Positions 32,753-44,246 of a stretch of DNA of 64,000 nucleotides are shown piece by piece; the first letter of the stretch is position 1, and the number at the start of each line of letters is the position of its first letter. The notes beneath the pieces were generated by a model that saw nothing but the letters and a program-made list of their open reading frames with translations, did no database searches and had not been told where the DNA came from. Made by a program: the position numbers and the translations under genes. This DNA is from Bryobacterales bacterium (GTDB lineage Bacteria > Acidobacteriota > Terriglobia > Bryobacterales > UBA6623): contig OY729427.2 in the NCBI GenBank assembly GCA_963422375.2, positions 1,088,001 to 1,152,000 on the forward strand, read 5' to 3'.

Positions 32753-33339
32753 CCAGGCGACGATCCACACCCTCGTCCAATCCATGACGGATCCGGGCGA
32801 GGCGCAGGCACAGGGCCAATCGCCTACTCGGCATCCTGCCGTTTCCCTGCTAGCCCGGACCATTCACGAATGCGATCCACGACCAAGAACCCGCATTGGG
32901 CACGATGCCGTGCCCGCGAGAGCGCACGGAATCCTCTCGATGCGCTCTGCCTAGTCCGACAGCCCGGCCTTGCATGTCAGATCCGACGGACGGACGCCCG
33001 ATTCCACGGCTTCGGGAGAGATTCTGGCTTGGGAGCGCTCGGGAGCGCCGGGCCGGTCGTCAGCGACTGTCGGACTAGCCGTGCGAGCGCGTTGCTGCAT
33101 CCGGGCCTGTAGGTGCCCTTCAAGGACAGTGACCGACCGCTCTGGGACGGCCGGTTGACTTCCGAATATTCTTGCTTCCGATGGCAACTTTGCGCCAAGA
33201 CAAGCGATCTAGGGCAATGCTCATACGACGAACGGCCGCCGAATCAGCTTGTCCACGCCTTCCGTGCTCGGCCGGATTTCGAAAATGTCGAGGCTTGGTG
33301 AACGCCGACCCCGTACAAAGACCAGCGCAAGAACGTAGG

Positions 33340-34930
33340 AATAAGCTGCCCCATACGCTGATCAGCTTCCCTAAAAACCTCTCGCTTCTGCGGAACTGCC
33401 TCTCCTCCCGCGGACGGTCGCTGTGGTCGAACAGTAGCAAATGACCCTGCGTCGCCCCGCAGCGGTCCATATGCCGCACCGTCTGCTCTACACCCTTCCG
33501 CACCGCGCTGTCCCTGCTCCCCTTGAGGAATTTGCATTCCACGACGAACTTCTGAACTCCCCTCCTCCACGGCCATTCCACCAGAAGGTCCGTGCTTAAT
33601 CGTCCCAAGGCATACTCTCTCTCGATACGCCCCGCGCCGTTTACCACTCGTTGCAGAAACGCCTGCAGCAGGAGTTGCGGGCCTGCCTCCTTGTACTGGT
33701 AGCGCTCGATCCAGTGCTCCGAATTCTCCCGATAGAACTCTTGGAAGCCACTCAGCAGCCTGGCCATGTCCAAGCCTCCGCCCTCGTCCGCGTACGGGTT
33801 TCCGGCTGCAAGGACCACCTGCTGCGTTTCCCAAGTGAGCTCCCGCAGCACCACTTCGGCATAGATCGGATTGGCGATTCGCAATGGCTCGTCCAAGGCG
33901 ACCAATCCCAAGTCCTGCACGTACTCCAAGTCATGGACACTGTAGTGCCATCGGGAACCACCGCTCAGCAACGGCTCAATCACACGCCGGACGCGCTCTT
34001 CGCTCAGCTTGTCCGCCAGCTGGTCTAGATGCACCACCCGCCGCTGGATCAGACCTTCCTCCGCGTCCACGATGGCTTCCTTGGTAACCGCCCTCGCACG
34101 GTCGGTCCCGTGCCGACTCTTGAAGCAGGCCTGCTCGCACAACGCGTTCACCAGCCATGGCTGCCCCGAGGTCCGGCTCCAGACCCGCTCCACAGCCTCC
34201 TCTGAGAACTCCTGCCCGGTCTCCGCTGTATGCTGTCCCAGCAGCGTGACGACATCCTCGCGGCTCAAGTCTCCGAGCCGCAGCGACGCGGCGCTGATGT
34301 TGAATGCGCTGCCACCCGTCATGCGACGACCCGTAGATCCGGAGTCGATCCTGTAGTCCCGCAGGTCGCGCACGCCGCATAGCACAACGCTCTGCGGGAA
34401 ATTCCGCGGTCGCATGTTGTAGCCCGAGCGCAAATGCCGGAGCACCGATATGAGCGTGTCTCCTACGAGGGAGTCGATCTCGTCGATCAGCAGTACGAGC
34501 AGCAGTACGAGCGGCCGCGAGTCCTCCCGTGCCCAGCGGCGCAGGACTTGGGCGAGAGCGGTGCCCGCGCCCCAGCGATCTAGGACATCAATGGACATCT
34601 TCTCTGGGAAATCGTCGTCCAAGGTCAATTGCGCTCGCTCGCTCAACGCGCCGAGAATCGTCCGCATCGCCCTCTCGACGTCCTCTCGCATCGCCTGGCC
34701 CGCCTCGACGTTGACGTAGACACAGCGGAAGTCGCCTTCCCTGCCGCTGTTGAGAAGGTGCTGCAGCGCCAGCAACGAGGATGTCTTTCCTGTCTGCCTA
34801 GGGGCATGCAGGATGAAGTACTTCTGTTCCGGATGAGGCCCAGCACCTCTTCCAAGCCGATCCTCGCCAGTGGCGGGATGCAGTAGTGATCCTCTCGGAC
34901 TATTGGGCCGGATGTGTTGAAGCTGCGCAC
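33340..34930 (-). pseudogene. AAA ATPase with C-terminal PD-(D/E)XK-like domain, frameshifted near 34828
   Basis: N-terminus MRSFNTSGPIVREDHYCIPPL is in a different frame from KYFILHAPRQTGKT (Walker A); LIDEIDSL Walker B preceded by a 12-bp duplication; DLL...VVECK; natural stop after ISVWG appears lost (reads on to 33120). Confidence 0.8.
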
Positions 34931-35220
34931 TCCGCAGATTGACGTCGCTACTCAATCCTACGTGCTAGGCCCTGTCGCGGCCGCACCGGATCTCCAATGG
35001 GTGGACTCCGCTGGCGGCGGGCCACGCCGCGTCCAATCGCCAACGTCCGGTGCGACGCGCCGAGCGAGACAGCTGCAGGAAGGCGAATGGACGGCCTGCC
35101 GGTCCCTCGCACCGGCACTTGGTCGACGACGGTCGCATCGGAGGTGAACGGTTCCTTAGGTCCGCGCCGGTCTTGCTACGGCGACAATCGCGAGTCAGGA
35201 GCGGGTGTTCGTTGTCGGCC

Positions 35221-35298
35221 GGGGATCCGGTGCTAGTCACCGGTGGAGAGCAGTGCTTTACGAGGTAGCGCCGGGGGTGGGTTCCCGGCGCCATTCCC
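35221..35298. ncRNA. Candidate multi-stem structured RNA
   Basis: Closing stem GGGGAT/ATTCCC encloses hairpins CCGGTG-ctagt-CACCGG and GCGCCGGG-N8-CCCGGCGC; family not recognised. Confidence 0.25.
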
Positions 35299-35463
35299 GC
35301 AGCCTTGCCCCTAGGGCTCCGCCGGACAGTCTCGCCGCCCGACTCCGAAGGCGATACTGAAAGCCTGCGAAGGGCGCTTTCCGCGGTCTCGTGCCGCTTG
35401 CAGTGACGCCGCATCGGGCCTCGGACGCGCCGGGGCGCGAGACCTCAGCGGCCGGCCAAGCCG

Positions 35464-36255
35464 ATGGCAGTCGAATTCGGACGACCGGTCTTCCACTACC
35501 CGAGCGTGGACACCACCATGCGCGTGGCGGCCACCCGAGCACGGGAAGGCTGCCCGGAAGGCACGGTCGTGACCGCCGACGAACAGACCGCCGGTCGCGG
35601 TCGCCTCGGACGCAGATGGGAATCGGAACCGGGCCAAGGCTTGTACCTGTCGTTGGTTCTGAGGCCCGCCTGCCGGCCGGACCAGGCGCCGTTGCTGACG
35701 CTGGTAGCGGGGCTCGCCGTCAAGGAGGCAATCGAGCACGCTGCCGGCGTGCGCTGCGACATCCGCTGGCCCAACGACATCCTGATCGGCAAACGAAAGT
35801 GCTGCGGGATTCTCGTCGAAATGGAAGCCGCCGGCGGGCAGGTCAGTCACGTCGTGGTCGGCATCGGCATCAATGTCAACCAACTCGAGTTCCCGCCTGC
35901 GCTGGACGGCACGGCAACCTCGCTGCGAATCGAAACGGGTCGGCGCTGGACCATGGACTCCGTGATGCGGTCTGTGCTGGAATCGACGGCGTCGGTGTAC
36001 GACATCTTCCGGACCGCCGGCGCCGAGCCGATCATCAAGGCGTTCGAGCGCGCTTCAACCTACGCGTGCGGCCGTCGCGTAGTGATCGAGGGGCTCCCGC
36101 CGAGGGCGGCCGGTCCGGCCCGTGGCGTTACCGCGGGGCTATCCCCGAGCGGCCACCTCCTGCTCCGCAGCGAGGATGGCACGGTCGCGCCCGTCCTGGC
36201 GGGGAGTGTGCGCCCCGACGCGGTCACAATGGACGACAATGCTCCTAGCTGTTGA
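35464..36255 (+). CDS. birA: Biotin--[acetyl-CoA carboxylase] ligase (no N-terminal HTH)
   Basis: QTAGRGRLGRRWES, RWPND, KCCGIL, GIGINV. Confidence 0.95.
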   Translation: MAVEFGRPVFHYPSVDTTMRVAATRAREGCPEGTVVTADEQTAGRGRLGRRWESEPGQGLYLSLVLRPACRPDQAPLLTLVAGLAVKEAIEHAAGVRCDIRWPNDILIGKRKCCGILVEMEAAGGQVSHVVVGIGINVNQLEFPPALDGTATSLRIETGRRWTMDSVMRSVLESTASVYDIFRTAGAEPIIKAFERASTYACGRRVVIEGLPPRAAGPARGVTAGLSPSGHLLLRSEDGTVAPVLAGSVRPDAVTMDDNAPSC

Positions 36256-37006
36256 CGTCGGGAACACCAACCTGACCATCGGCCTGTTCGACGGCGCGGA
36301 GCGGGTCGCGGACTGGCGTCTCAAGACCGACCCCGAGCAGACCGTGGACGGCTGGGGAGCCATGTTCCACAACCTCCTGTCCCTCGCGGCCGTTCGCTTG
36401 GAGGACGTGAGCGGATTCACGTTCTCGTCGGTGGTTCCCCAGCTTGACGCGTCGATCAGCGGCATGGCGCGACGCTACCTCGGGCTCGAGCCCTTCCAAG
36501 TGACGGCTTTCAGCCGCACCGGCTTGGCCGTCCGCGTCGAGAAGCCCGAGGAAGTCGGCGCGGACCGGGTAGTCAATTCCGTGGCGGCGTCCGAGCGCTA
36601 CGGCTGCCCGTGCATTGCGGTGGACTTCGGCACCGCGATCACGTTCGACGCCATCTCGCCGGATCGCGAGTACCTCGGGGGCATCATCTGCCCCGGCATC
36701 CAAGTCTCGTCCCAGGCGCTGGTCCGGCGCACCGCCCGTCTGCCGCAGATCGAACTCCGCCGTCCCGTCAAGGTCATCGGCACCAGCACGGAGGGCAGCT
36801 TGCAGTCTGGCTTCTACTACGGAATGCTCGGCATGCTCGACGGAATCCTAGACAAGATGCTGGACACGCTCGGGCGCGATGCGTCAGTGGTCGCGACCGG
36901 CGGCCAGTCCGAAATCCTCGCGCCCGCCTCGCGGTACATACGCACGATCGATGACGGGCTAACGCTGGAAGGCCTGCGCCTGATCTGGAACATGAACCGG
37001 CCCTGA
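36239..37006 (+). CDS. coaX: Type III pantothenate kinase
   Basis: [38 protein letters not shown]. Confidence 0.96.
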   Translation: MLLAVDVGNTNLTIGLFDGAERVADWRLKTDPEQTVDGWGAMFHNLLSLAAVRLEDVSGFTFSSVVPQLDASISGMARRYLGLEPFQVTAFSRTGLAVRVEKPEEVGADRVVNSVAASERYGCPCIAVDFGTAITFDAISPDREYLGGIICPGIQVSSQALVRRTARLPQIELRRPVKVIGTSTEGSLQSGFYYGMLGMLDGILDKMLDTLGRDASVVATGGQSEILAPASRYIRTIDDGLTLEGLRLIWNMNRP

Positions 37007-37016
37007 GCGATTGCCC

Positions 37017-38483
37017 ATGCTCCCGCCCTACGGCCATTCGCTCGCGCTGATGACCGATCTCTACCAGCTGACAATGTCCCTCGGGTACTGGCAGGAGGGC
37101 CTCGCCGACCGGGAGGCGGTCTTTCACCACTACTTCCGCGAGTCGCCGTTCGAAGGAGGGTTCGCGATCGCTGCCGGAATCGGGCCGGCTCTCGCCTGGC
37201 TGCGTGACCTGCGCTTCCGGCCCGACGACCTCGAGTACCTGGCCGGCCTGCAAGGCCAGCGCGCGGAGCCGCTCTTCGACGCACGATTCCTCGAGTACTT
37301 GGGAGGCGTGACCTTCCAATGCGACGTCGACGCGGTCCCCGAGGGCACGGTTGTCTTCCCCAACGAGCCGCTAGCCCGCGTGCGGGGCCCCCTGCTGCAA
37401 TGCCAGCTGACCGAGACGGCGCTACTGAACATCGTGAACTTCCAGACTCTGGTCGCCACGAAGGCCGCACGGGTCTGCCTCGCGGCGGGAGACGATCCGG
37501 TGCTCGAGTTCGGCCTGCGCCGAGCGCAGGGAATCGACGGCGGACTCAGCGCCAGCCGGGCCGCCTATATCGGCGGGTGCGCGGGAACTTCGAACGTCCT
37601 GGCGGGAAAGTGCTTCGGAATTCCCGTGCGCGGCACGCACGCCCACAGCTGGGTCCTGTCATTCGAGAGCGAGCTGGCCGCCTTCGAGGCGTACGCACGG
37701 GCTATGCCGCACAACTGCGTCCTGCTCGTCGACACCTACAACACCCTCGAAGGGGTCATGCGGGCGGTCGAAATCGGAAAGAAGCTGCAGGGGCTCGGAT
37801 ACGACTTGAACGGGATCCGGCTCGACTCGGGGAATCTGGCGGCCCTGTCGGTCGAGGCGCGCAATCTGCTCGACGCGGCCGGGCTGGCCGGGACGGCGGT
37901 CATCGCGTCGAACGATCTCGACGAGTACGCCATCGCGGAACTCAAGCAACGCGGCGCCCGCGTCGGCGTGTGGGGCGTGGGCACCAGCATCGCGGCCGCG
38001 AAGGGCCAGTCCGCTCTTGGAGGCGTCTACAAGCTGGCGCTGCTGCGCGATCAGGACGGGCGCTGGGTCGCCAAGGCCAAGCGATCCGAGGATCCGTCGA
38101 AGGCCTCGGTGCCGGGCATGCTCCAAGTACGCCGGTACTCGCTCGACGGCGTGATGCAGGGGGACCTGATTTACGACGAGCTGGAGCCGCCCCGAGGGCC
38201 TTGGACCGGCTGCCTGCAACGAACGGAGTCGGACGCGCGGCCGACCGAGCTCGATGGCTCCCCCCATGACTTGCTACGGCCGGTACTGCAGCGAGGGAGG
38301 CCGGTCGATCCCGCCGAGCCGCTGGAGCGACTCCGCAGCCGGTGCCGGAAGCAGCTCTCGTCCGTGCCGTCCGAAATCCTCGAACCGCAGCCCAGTCGCG
38401 CCTTCCCGGTCCTGACGGAGACCGGGCTGCTGCATCGCCGGAACGCGCTGCTCGGCCGCCCCCGTCAGTCCGTTGCGCACTGA
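37017..38483 (+). CDS. pncB: Nicotinate phosphoribosyltransferase
   Basis: [38 protein letters not shown]. Confidence 0.96.
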   Translation: MLPPYGHSLALMTDLYQLTMSLGYWQEGLADREAVFHHYFRESPFEGGFAIAAGIGPALAWLRDLRFRPDDLEYLAGLQGQRAEPLFDARFLEYLGGVTFQCDVDAVPEGTVVFPNEPLARVRGPLLQCQLTETALLNIVNFQTLVATKAARVCLAAGDDPVLEFGLRRAQGIDGGLSASRAAYIGGCAGTSNVLAGKCFGIPVRGTHAHSWVLSFESELAAFEAYARAMPHNCVLLVDTYNTLEGVMRAVEIGKKLQGLGYDLNGIRLDSGNLAALSVEARNLLDAAGLAGTAVIASNDLDEYAIAELKQRGARVGVWGVGTSIAAAKGQSALGGVYKLALLRDQDGRWVAKAKRSEDPSKASVPGMLQVRRYSLDGVMQGDLIYDELEPPRGPWTGCLQRTESDARPTELDGSPHDLLRPVLQRGRPVDPAEPLERLRSRCRKQLSSVPSEILEPQPSRAFPVLTETGLLHRRNALLGRPRQSVAH

Positions 38484-38502
38484 GACCCCGTGCCCGGCGG
38501 AT

Positions 38503-39708
38503 CTATCCGAGCTCCGGCATGTTCTCGCGCAGGATTCCGATGTCCTTGTCGCCGCGCCCGGACAAGTTGACCACGAACGCCCGGTCCTTGGCGGCGGGCG
38601 CACGCGCGACAGCCTCGGCGACGGCGTGGGCCGACTCGAGCGCAGGGATGATTCCCTCGACCTCCGACAGCGTCCTCACGGCCGCCAGCGCGTCCGCGTC
38701 GACGCAGGAGGTGTACTCGACCCGGCCCCGGTCACGCAGCCAAGCGTGTTCGGGGCCGACCGAGGCGTAGTCGAGACCAGCGGAGACCGAGTGCGTCAGC
38801 GCGATCTGGCCGTCACCGTCCTGGAGGATATAGCTCTTCGTGCCTTGCAGCACCCCGGGCGAGCCCCCGGCGAACCGGGCGGCGTGGTCGCCGAGCGACA
38901 GCCCGCGGCCTCCGGCCTCGACGCCCACCATCGCGACGCCGTCGTCCTCCAGGAATGCGTGGAACAGGCCGATGGCATTGCTGCCCCCGCCCACGCACGC
39001 GATCAGCACGTCCGGCAGCCGTCCGCCGGTCGCGGCAAGGAACTGCTCGCGTGCCTCGAGCCCGATGACGCGCTGGAAGTCGCGGACGATCAAGGGATAG
39101 GGATGCGGCCCCAAGGCGGAGCCGAGCATGTAGTGGGTGGTCTCGAAGCTGGCAGCCCAGTCGCGCATCGCCTCCGAAATCGCGTCCTTCAAGGTGCAGC
39201 TGCCCGTGTCGACGCCGATCACCTCCGCTCCCAGCAGGCGCATGCGGAACACGTTCAACGCTTGGCGCCGCATGTCCTCCGAGCCCATGTATACGACGCA
39301 TTCGAGGCCGAACAGCGCGCATACGGTGGCCGTGGCGACTCCGTGCTGACCGGCCCCGGTCTCGGCAATGACGCGGCGCTTGCCCATGCCTCGGGCAAGC
39401 AGGGCCTGCCCGAGGCAGTTGTTGATCTTGTGGGCGCCCGTGTGCAGGAGATCCTCGCGCTTGAGGTAGATCGCGGCTCCGCCGAGCTGCTCGCTCAGCC
39501 GGCGCGCGTGGAACAGAGGCGTCGGCCGCCCCGCGTACTGGCGAAGGAGTCCGGTCAGCTCGGCGCGGAACGCAGGCTCCTTCCGCACCTCCCGGTAGGT
39601 CGAGTAGAGGCTCTCGAGCGGCGCCACGAGAATCTCGGGCGCGAAGCGCCCCCCGAAATCGCCGAAACGGCCCAGCGCGTCCGGGACGGCGGGGAGTGTT
39701 CGGGGCAT
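38503..39708 (-). CDS. trpB: Tryptophan synthase beta chain
   Basis: [42 protein letters not shown]. Confidence 0.98.
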   Translation of the reverse strand: MPRTLPAVPDALGRFGDFGGRFAPEILVAPLESLYSTYREVRKEPAFRAELTGLLRQYAGRPTPLFHARRLSEQLGGAAIYLKREDLLHTGAHKINNCLGQALLARGMGKRRVIAETGAGQHGVATATVCALFGLECVVYMGSEDMRRQALNVFRMRLLGAEVIGVDTGSCTLKDAISEAMRDWAASFETTHYMLGSALGPHPYPLIVRDFQRVIGLEAREQFLAATGGRLPDVLIACVGGGSNAIGLFHAFLEDDGVAMVGVEAGGRGLSLGDHAARFAGGSPGVLQGTKSYILQDGDGQIALTHSVSAGLDYASVGPEHAWLRDRGRVEYTSCVDADALAAVRTLSEVEGIIPALESAHAVAEAVARAPAAKDRAFVVNLSGRGDKDIGILRENMPELG

Positions 39709-39788
39709 GCAATCACTTTATCGCGGGGGCCGGCGACCAGCCCCGCGGGAGCGGGCCGAGCCCGCTTCGCGCGTCCGGCGTTACCCGC

Positions 39789-40958
39789 TTAGCGGGCGGG
39801 ATTCTCGTACCAGACGACCCCGAGCCCGTCCGTTTCCTCGCAGGTGAGGATGTCAAGATCCCCGTCGCCGTCCAAGTCGACGAGTTCGACGCGATCAAAC
39901 TTGGTGCCTTCCGGCCCCCCGACATCGGTCGCTTGCCATCGCGCCTCGGTGGGATCTCCCGCGTGCTTCAGCAGCCCGACCCCGGACAGCTCGCCAGTCG
40001 CGTTCTCGCAGGTGAACACTAGATCCAGCGCGCCGTCCATGTCCATGTCCCCCGCGGCCACGGCCTTGCCGGTGCCGAAGCCGCCGGGGATCTCGATGTC
40101 GTGGGCCCGCCAGTTGGTGCCGCGCTCGGACATAGCCCGGAAGAACTGAATCGGGCCGTCCTTGACCGCCATGATCACGTCCGCCCTGCCGTCGCCGTCG
40201 AGATCCGCGATGTCGAGGAACATGGCTTCGAGCTCCCCTTCGGGCCCGATGCGGCGTTCCGGCCAAGCCGCGCTGCCCGGCATGTTCACGAACCACAGCG
40301 CACCGCTCCGCGGCCCCTTGCGGTCGCTGGCGACGATGTCGTCCCTGCCGTCGCCGTCCAGGTCGTGAGCGACGATCGACATGACCCAGCCTGCGCCGTA
40401 CCAGCGGTTCCACGAGGCCTTGCCGCCGGGCGTCGCGGGGAAGCGCCACGATCCGATGGCCGCGAAGTCATTCTTCGAACCGGCGACTAGATCGGTCGTT
40501 CCGTTGCCGTCCACGTCCATCGGCATGGCGAACATCCACTGCCCCTTGCCTTTGGATCGCACGACAGGCCTCGTCTCCCACTTGGCCGAGTCCATGTAGT
40601 CGGCAGCGGGCGCTAGATGGACGTAGATGGTTTTCTCGTCTCCCTCGGCAGAACTCACGACGTCCATGACCCCGTCTCCGTTCATGTCCGCGAAGACCGC
40701 GTCCTCGGGCTTGGTGACCCTGCCGACGATGACGGAGGGCCAAGCCTGCGTGACCTTGTCCGGGCCGGGATGCAGGTAAGCCTTGACCTCGCCTGCCTCC
40801 TCCCAGCCCGTGGCGATGTCGGGCAATCCGTCACCATTGACGTCCGCCACCCGCACGCCGTCCGCGCCGCCGTCCGAGGCGTCAATGGAATGGCGAACCC
40901 AAGGGCTGCCGAGGAGCGCCGGAGCGAGTATGAAGAGAACCGCGACAAGGCATGCCAT
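39789..40958 (-). CDS. Secreted FG-GAP/VCBS repeat protein
   Basis: Signal peptide plus repeated D-x-D/N-G-D/N-G-x-x-D motifs (DVNGDGLPD, DMNGDGVMD, DLDGDGRDD, DLDGDGDLD). Confidence 0.88.
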   Translation of the reverse strand: MACLVAVLFILAPALLGSPWVRHSIDASDGGADGVRVADVNGDGLPDIATGWEEAGEVKAYLHPGPDKVTQAWPSVIVGRVTKPEDAVFADMNGDGVMDVVSSAEGDEKTIYVHLAPAADYMDSAKWETRPVVRSKGKGQWMFAMPMDVDGNGTTDLVAGSKNDFAAIGSWRFPATPGGKASWNRWYGAGWVMSIVAHDLDGDGRDDIVASDRKGPRSGALWFVNMPGSAAWPERRIGPEGELEAMFLDIADLDGDGRADVIMAVKDGPIQFFRAMSERGTNWRAHDIEIPGGFGTGKAVAAGDMDMDGALDLVFTCENATGELSGVGLLKHAGDPTEARWQATDVGGPEGTKFDRVELVDLDGDGDLDILTCEETDGLGVVWYENPAR

Positions 40959-41406
40959 GCGCCTAGATTGTATCCGACCTGCCCGTCTACGGGCATCCCC
41001 CGAAGCGAGCTACGCAGAGGCTGGGCCAGCGGCGCGCTAGCCCGGAGTGTTCGCGCAGCCTTGGGATCCAGGAATCCGTTCGCCTGCCTGGCGCGGGAGG
41101 CAGCGCCGGACGGTCCGTGCAGGCAGCATCCGACCGGCGGCGGTTCTGGATCCAGCCATCCTCGCCGGCGGCAACCCAATCCCATTCGCTGCGGCAGGAG
41201 CAGCGTTTCTCTGCGGAGGGATTCCTGTCGCCGGACCGAAATGCTCCTGCGATCGGTCAGACGGGCCGCGATCACGCGCCCCTGAGCATGGGTCATGGGT
41301 CGCACAACTCGGCGGCTAACCCTCGTAGCCGCAGTGGGACTCGGCGCAACCTAAAGTGCCCACAAGGAATGGGTCGCGACCGGGCGCGGCCAACCCCTGA
41401 CATCAG

Positions 41407-42755
41407 GAGCCTTTTGCAAAATTCAGAAAAGAGGGCTGACCGCCCCATGAACGACTAGTTTCCGGGCTGTTATTCTCGCCGAAAAAGACCCCCTTCAGCT
41501 GGGCTTGCTCCGCTTCGGGGCGCTCCTGCGAGGAGCGGCCCCGTGCAGGCGCAGCTCTCCCGGCCCGGCGGGCGGGCGCTCTGCCCGGCTGTCCCGGCGG
41601 CCCGGGCTCTCGGAGCGCCAGGCGCAGGAGCTGCTCCACCGTCAGCGCGAGCACGCCGAACAGGAGGTGGCACAGCACCTTGCCGTGGCCGCGGACGCGC
41701 ACGTGGCGCCCGCCGCAATCGTCCTTCAGGCAGCCGTTGACACGCTCCACCGTCGAGCGCTCCCGATAGCGCAGCTTCGCGGGATCCGCCCGCCAGGCGC
41801 TGCGCAGCGCCTGGGCCTCCCGTGCCAGATCCGCCTGCAGCTCCGTCCGGCCGCGCGGGTTGACATCAATGAGCGGCACGTGCCCGAGCCGCTCGCTGAA
41901 GGCCCGGATCCCGGCCGCGTCGCGCGCGCTGTCCATCAGGTCGTACAGGTTGTCGACGCGGCCCGCGGTCAGTGTCGCCAGCGGGATCGCGGCCTGGCTG
42001 TCGTGCAGCGAAGCCGAGGTGAGCAGGCAGCTGACCGGGATCCCGCCGTCGATCGCGTCGATATGCAGCTTGTAGCCGCGCCAGCTGACGGTACGGCCCT
42101 TGGCGTTGCGCTTGGTGCCGGTATCGCAGCCCTGCGGCAGGTCGTGCAGCATTTCTTCGAGATTCATGTCGGGCTGCCGCGCCAGTCGGCGCGGATCGGG
42201 CGGCCGCTGCTCGCCCTTGCGAGGGCGCCCGCGCTTGCGTTTCGGCTCCGGTTCCGGCGCGGGCTTCCCGGCGGGCCGCTCGCGGCCCTCGATGGCGGTC
42301 GAGTCGCGGGAGACGTGCCCTGCCAAGCGGCCGTCGAGCGCCCGCGCGAGCAGCGCCTGGTGCAAGCGTCCGGGCAGTTCGCCGGCGGCGAACTCGGCGA
42401 AGGCGCGCGAGAAGGTTGCCTCGCCGGGCACGGCCCCGGCCAGGTCCCAGCCGCGCAGGCGGCGCAGGCGGCGCAGGGTGTGATCGGTCTGCAGGCGCTC
42501 GACCAGCGAGCGCGTAGCGGGCTGGTCGAAGACGGCCTTGGCGATGCAGGCGCGCGCCATGGCGGCGCGGCTTTCGCGGGGGCGGCCGCGGCCGCCCTGC
42601 CCGACGGGCAGGAAGTCCTCGACCTGCGCCAGTTCCACCGCTTGGACGAAGCTGCGGCAGCGCTCACCGAGGGGGCCGAGTTCCTGCTCGAGCCAGGGGA
42701 ACAGCCCCTGCTGGAACGTGAACCAGTACGCGGATACGGTTTCTATCAAGGACAT
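41407..42755 (-). mobile_element. IS5/IS1182-like DDE transposase, degenerate; one putative end GAGCCTTTTGCAAAATTC
   Basis: HVSRDSTAI, WRGYKLH, SASLHDS, RSTVERVN; probable stop TGA->CGA near 41610; 9-bp duplication (LRRLRRL); other end not found. Confidence 0.85.
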
Positions 42756-43148
42756 GCCGTGGCGGTCGCGACTTGGCTGGACAGACCGCACGCTGCTGGA
42801 CCTACCCTTGGGACCATCCAGCTCAATCCGGACCGAGATCTCGCTAGGAGCGCCCATCAAGTGGATTGGAGCCGAAAGTGGTTCGGCAAGAGTGATCGCG
42901 GACGTGTCGGGAAGTCTCGGCAAGAGGGCGAGTTTCCCACAAACATCCGAGTTTCGCCACAAGGGGCCATGGAAGTGCCCAAGCTTGGCCGCGAAGACCT
43001 GAAGCGCGTGGTGAAGCAGGTCAAGAAGGCAGACGGCTTGGATGAAGACGCACCTTTATGGGCGCTAGAAGTGGCTAGAACCACACGTAATTGGCCAGCG
43101 GTGGAGGAAGTGATCCTGCCCAAGCATAGCGTGGGTTTGCTCTGCTAG
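42756..43148 (+). pseudogene. 3' fragment of an unknown CDS between two IS elements
   Basis: Open frame of lower GC ending ...LPKHSVGLLC*; no recognised motif. Confidence 0.3.
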
Positions 43149-43198
43149 TCTGCCGTGAACGCAGAAGGAATATGACACATCAAGTTGGATTTGTTATT

Positions 43199-44246
43199 GG
43201 GAATTATATCGGATAGTGCCTAAATAACCCTTGACCGAGGCCGCTGGGCACTATATGATGCCCCCATGAGTCGGACTGGACCGGGCCGGAGCGAACGACG
43301 CGGAATAAGCCTCCCTGAGCTGTTCCGCCAGTTTCCCGACGATGCCGCTGCCGAACGGTGGCTGGTCGAGCAGCGCTGGCCGAATGGGATCGCCTGCCAT
43401 CACTGCGGGTCGACCAATGTGCAAACCGGGGCGAAGCACAAGACGATGCCGTTCCGCTGCCGGGACTGCCGCAAGCGGTTCAGCGTCCGCACCGGGACCG
43501 TCATGCATGCCAGCAACCTCGGACTCCAAGTGTGGGTCATCGCCATGTATCTGATGTCTACCAGCCTCAAGGGCATCAGCAGCATGAAGCTGCACCGCGA
43601 CCTGAACGTGACTCAGAAGGCCGCGTGGTTCCTGGCGCACCGGCTCCGCGACGTGTGGCGCGTGGACGGACACCCGGCGCTGCCGTTCATCGGCCCGCTG
43701 GAAGTGGACGAAACGCACGTCGGCGGGAAGGCGAAGTCGATGCACGGCAAGCGCAAGAAGGCGCTTGGCATCGCAGACAACCCACTGGCGAACAAGACCA
43801 CGGTGGTCGGCGTCCGGGACCGCGAGACCGGCAAGGTAAAGGCGGCCGTCGTGAGCGACACCGCGCCGGAGACGCTGCATGGGTTCGTGGCGCACTGCGC
43901 GGCCCCGACCGCGACGCTCTACAGCGACGGGGAGCCGGCGTATGCCGCGTGGCCGCGCCACGAGGCGGTTGTCCACTCGGCCGGCGAGTACGTGAAGGGG
44001 TAGGCCAGCATCAACGGCATGGAGTCGTTCTGGAGCCTCCTCAAGCGCGGCTACGTCGGCACGTTCCACCGCATGAGCCGGGAGCACCTGCACCGCTACG
44101 TGGCGGAGCTCGAGGGTCGGCACAACGCGCGCGGGGACGACACCATCGACCAGATGGCGGCGATCGTACGCGGCGCGGAAGGGAAGCGGCTCCGCTACGC
44201 CGACCTGACCGCCCACCGGCACGGACACACCGCGACGGCTGTCTAG
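43199..44246 (+). mobile_element. IS1595-family element (copy A); transposase 43266-44246 has an in-frame TAG at 44001; right end missing
   Basis: Left IR GGGAATTATATCGGATAGTGCC; CHHC/CRDC zinc ribbon, EVDET, SDG, NGMESFW. Confidence 0.92.

Noticed and set aside
35221..35298. tRNA, SRP RNA or known riboswitch identity for the structured element
   Set aside because: Lacks the T-loop, the SRP GGAA/AGCAG core and the SAM/TPP/FMN/ZTP consensus motifs as far as can be judged by eye; kept only as an unassigned candidate
44001..44003. In-frame TAG in the IS1595-A transposase as possible recoding or pyrrolysine
   Set aside because: Best explained by CAG->TAG; TAG is a normal stop in many genes here and no pyl genes or suppressor tRNA are visible
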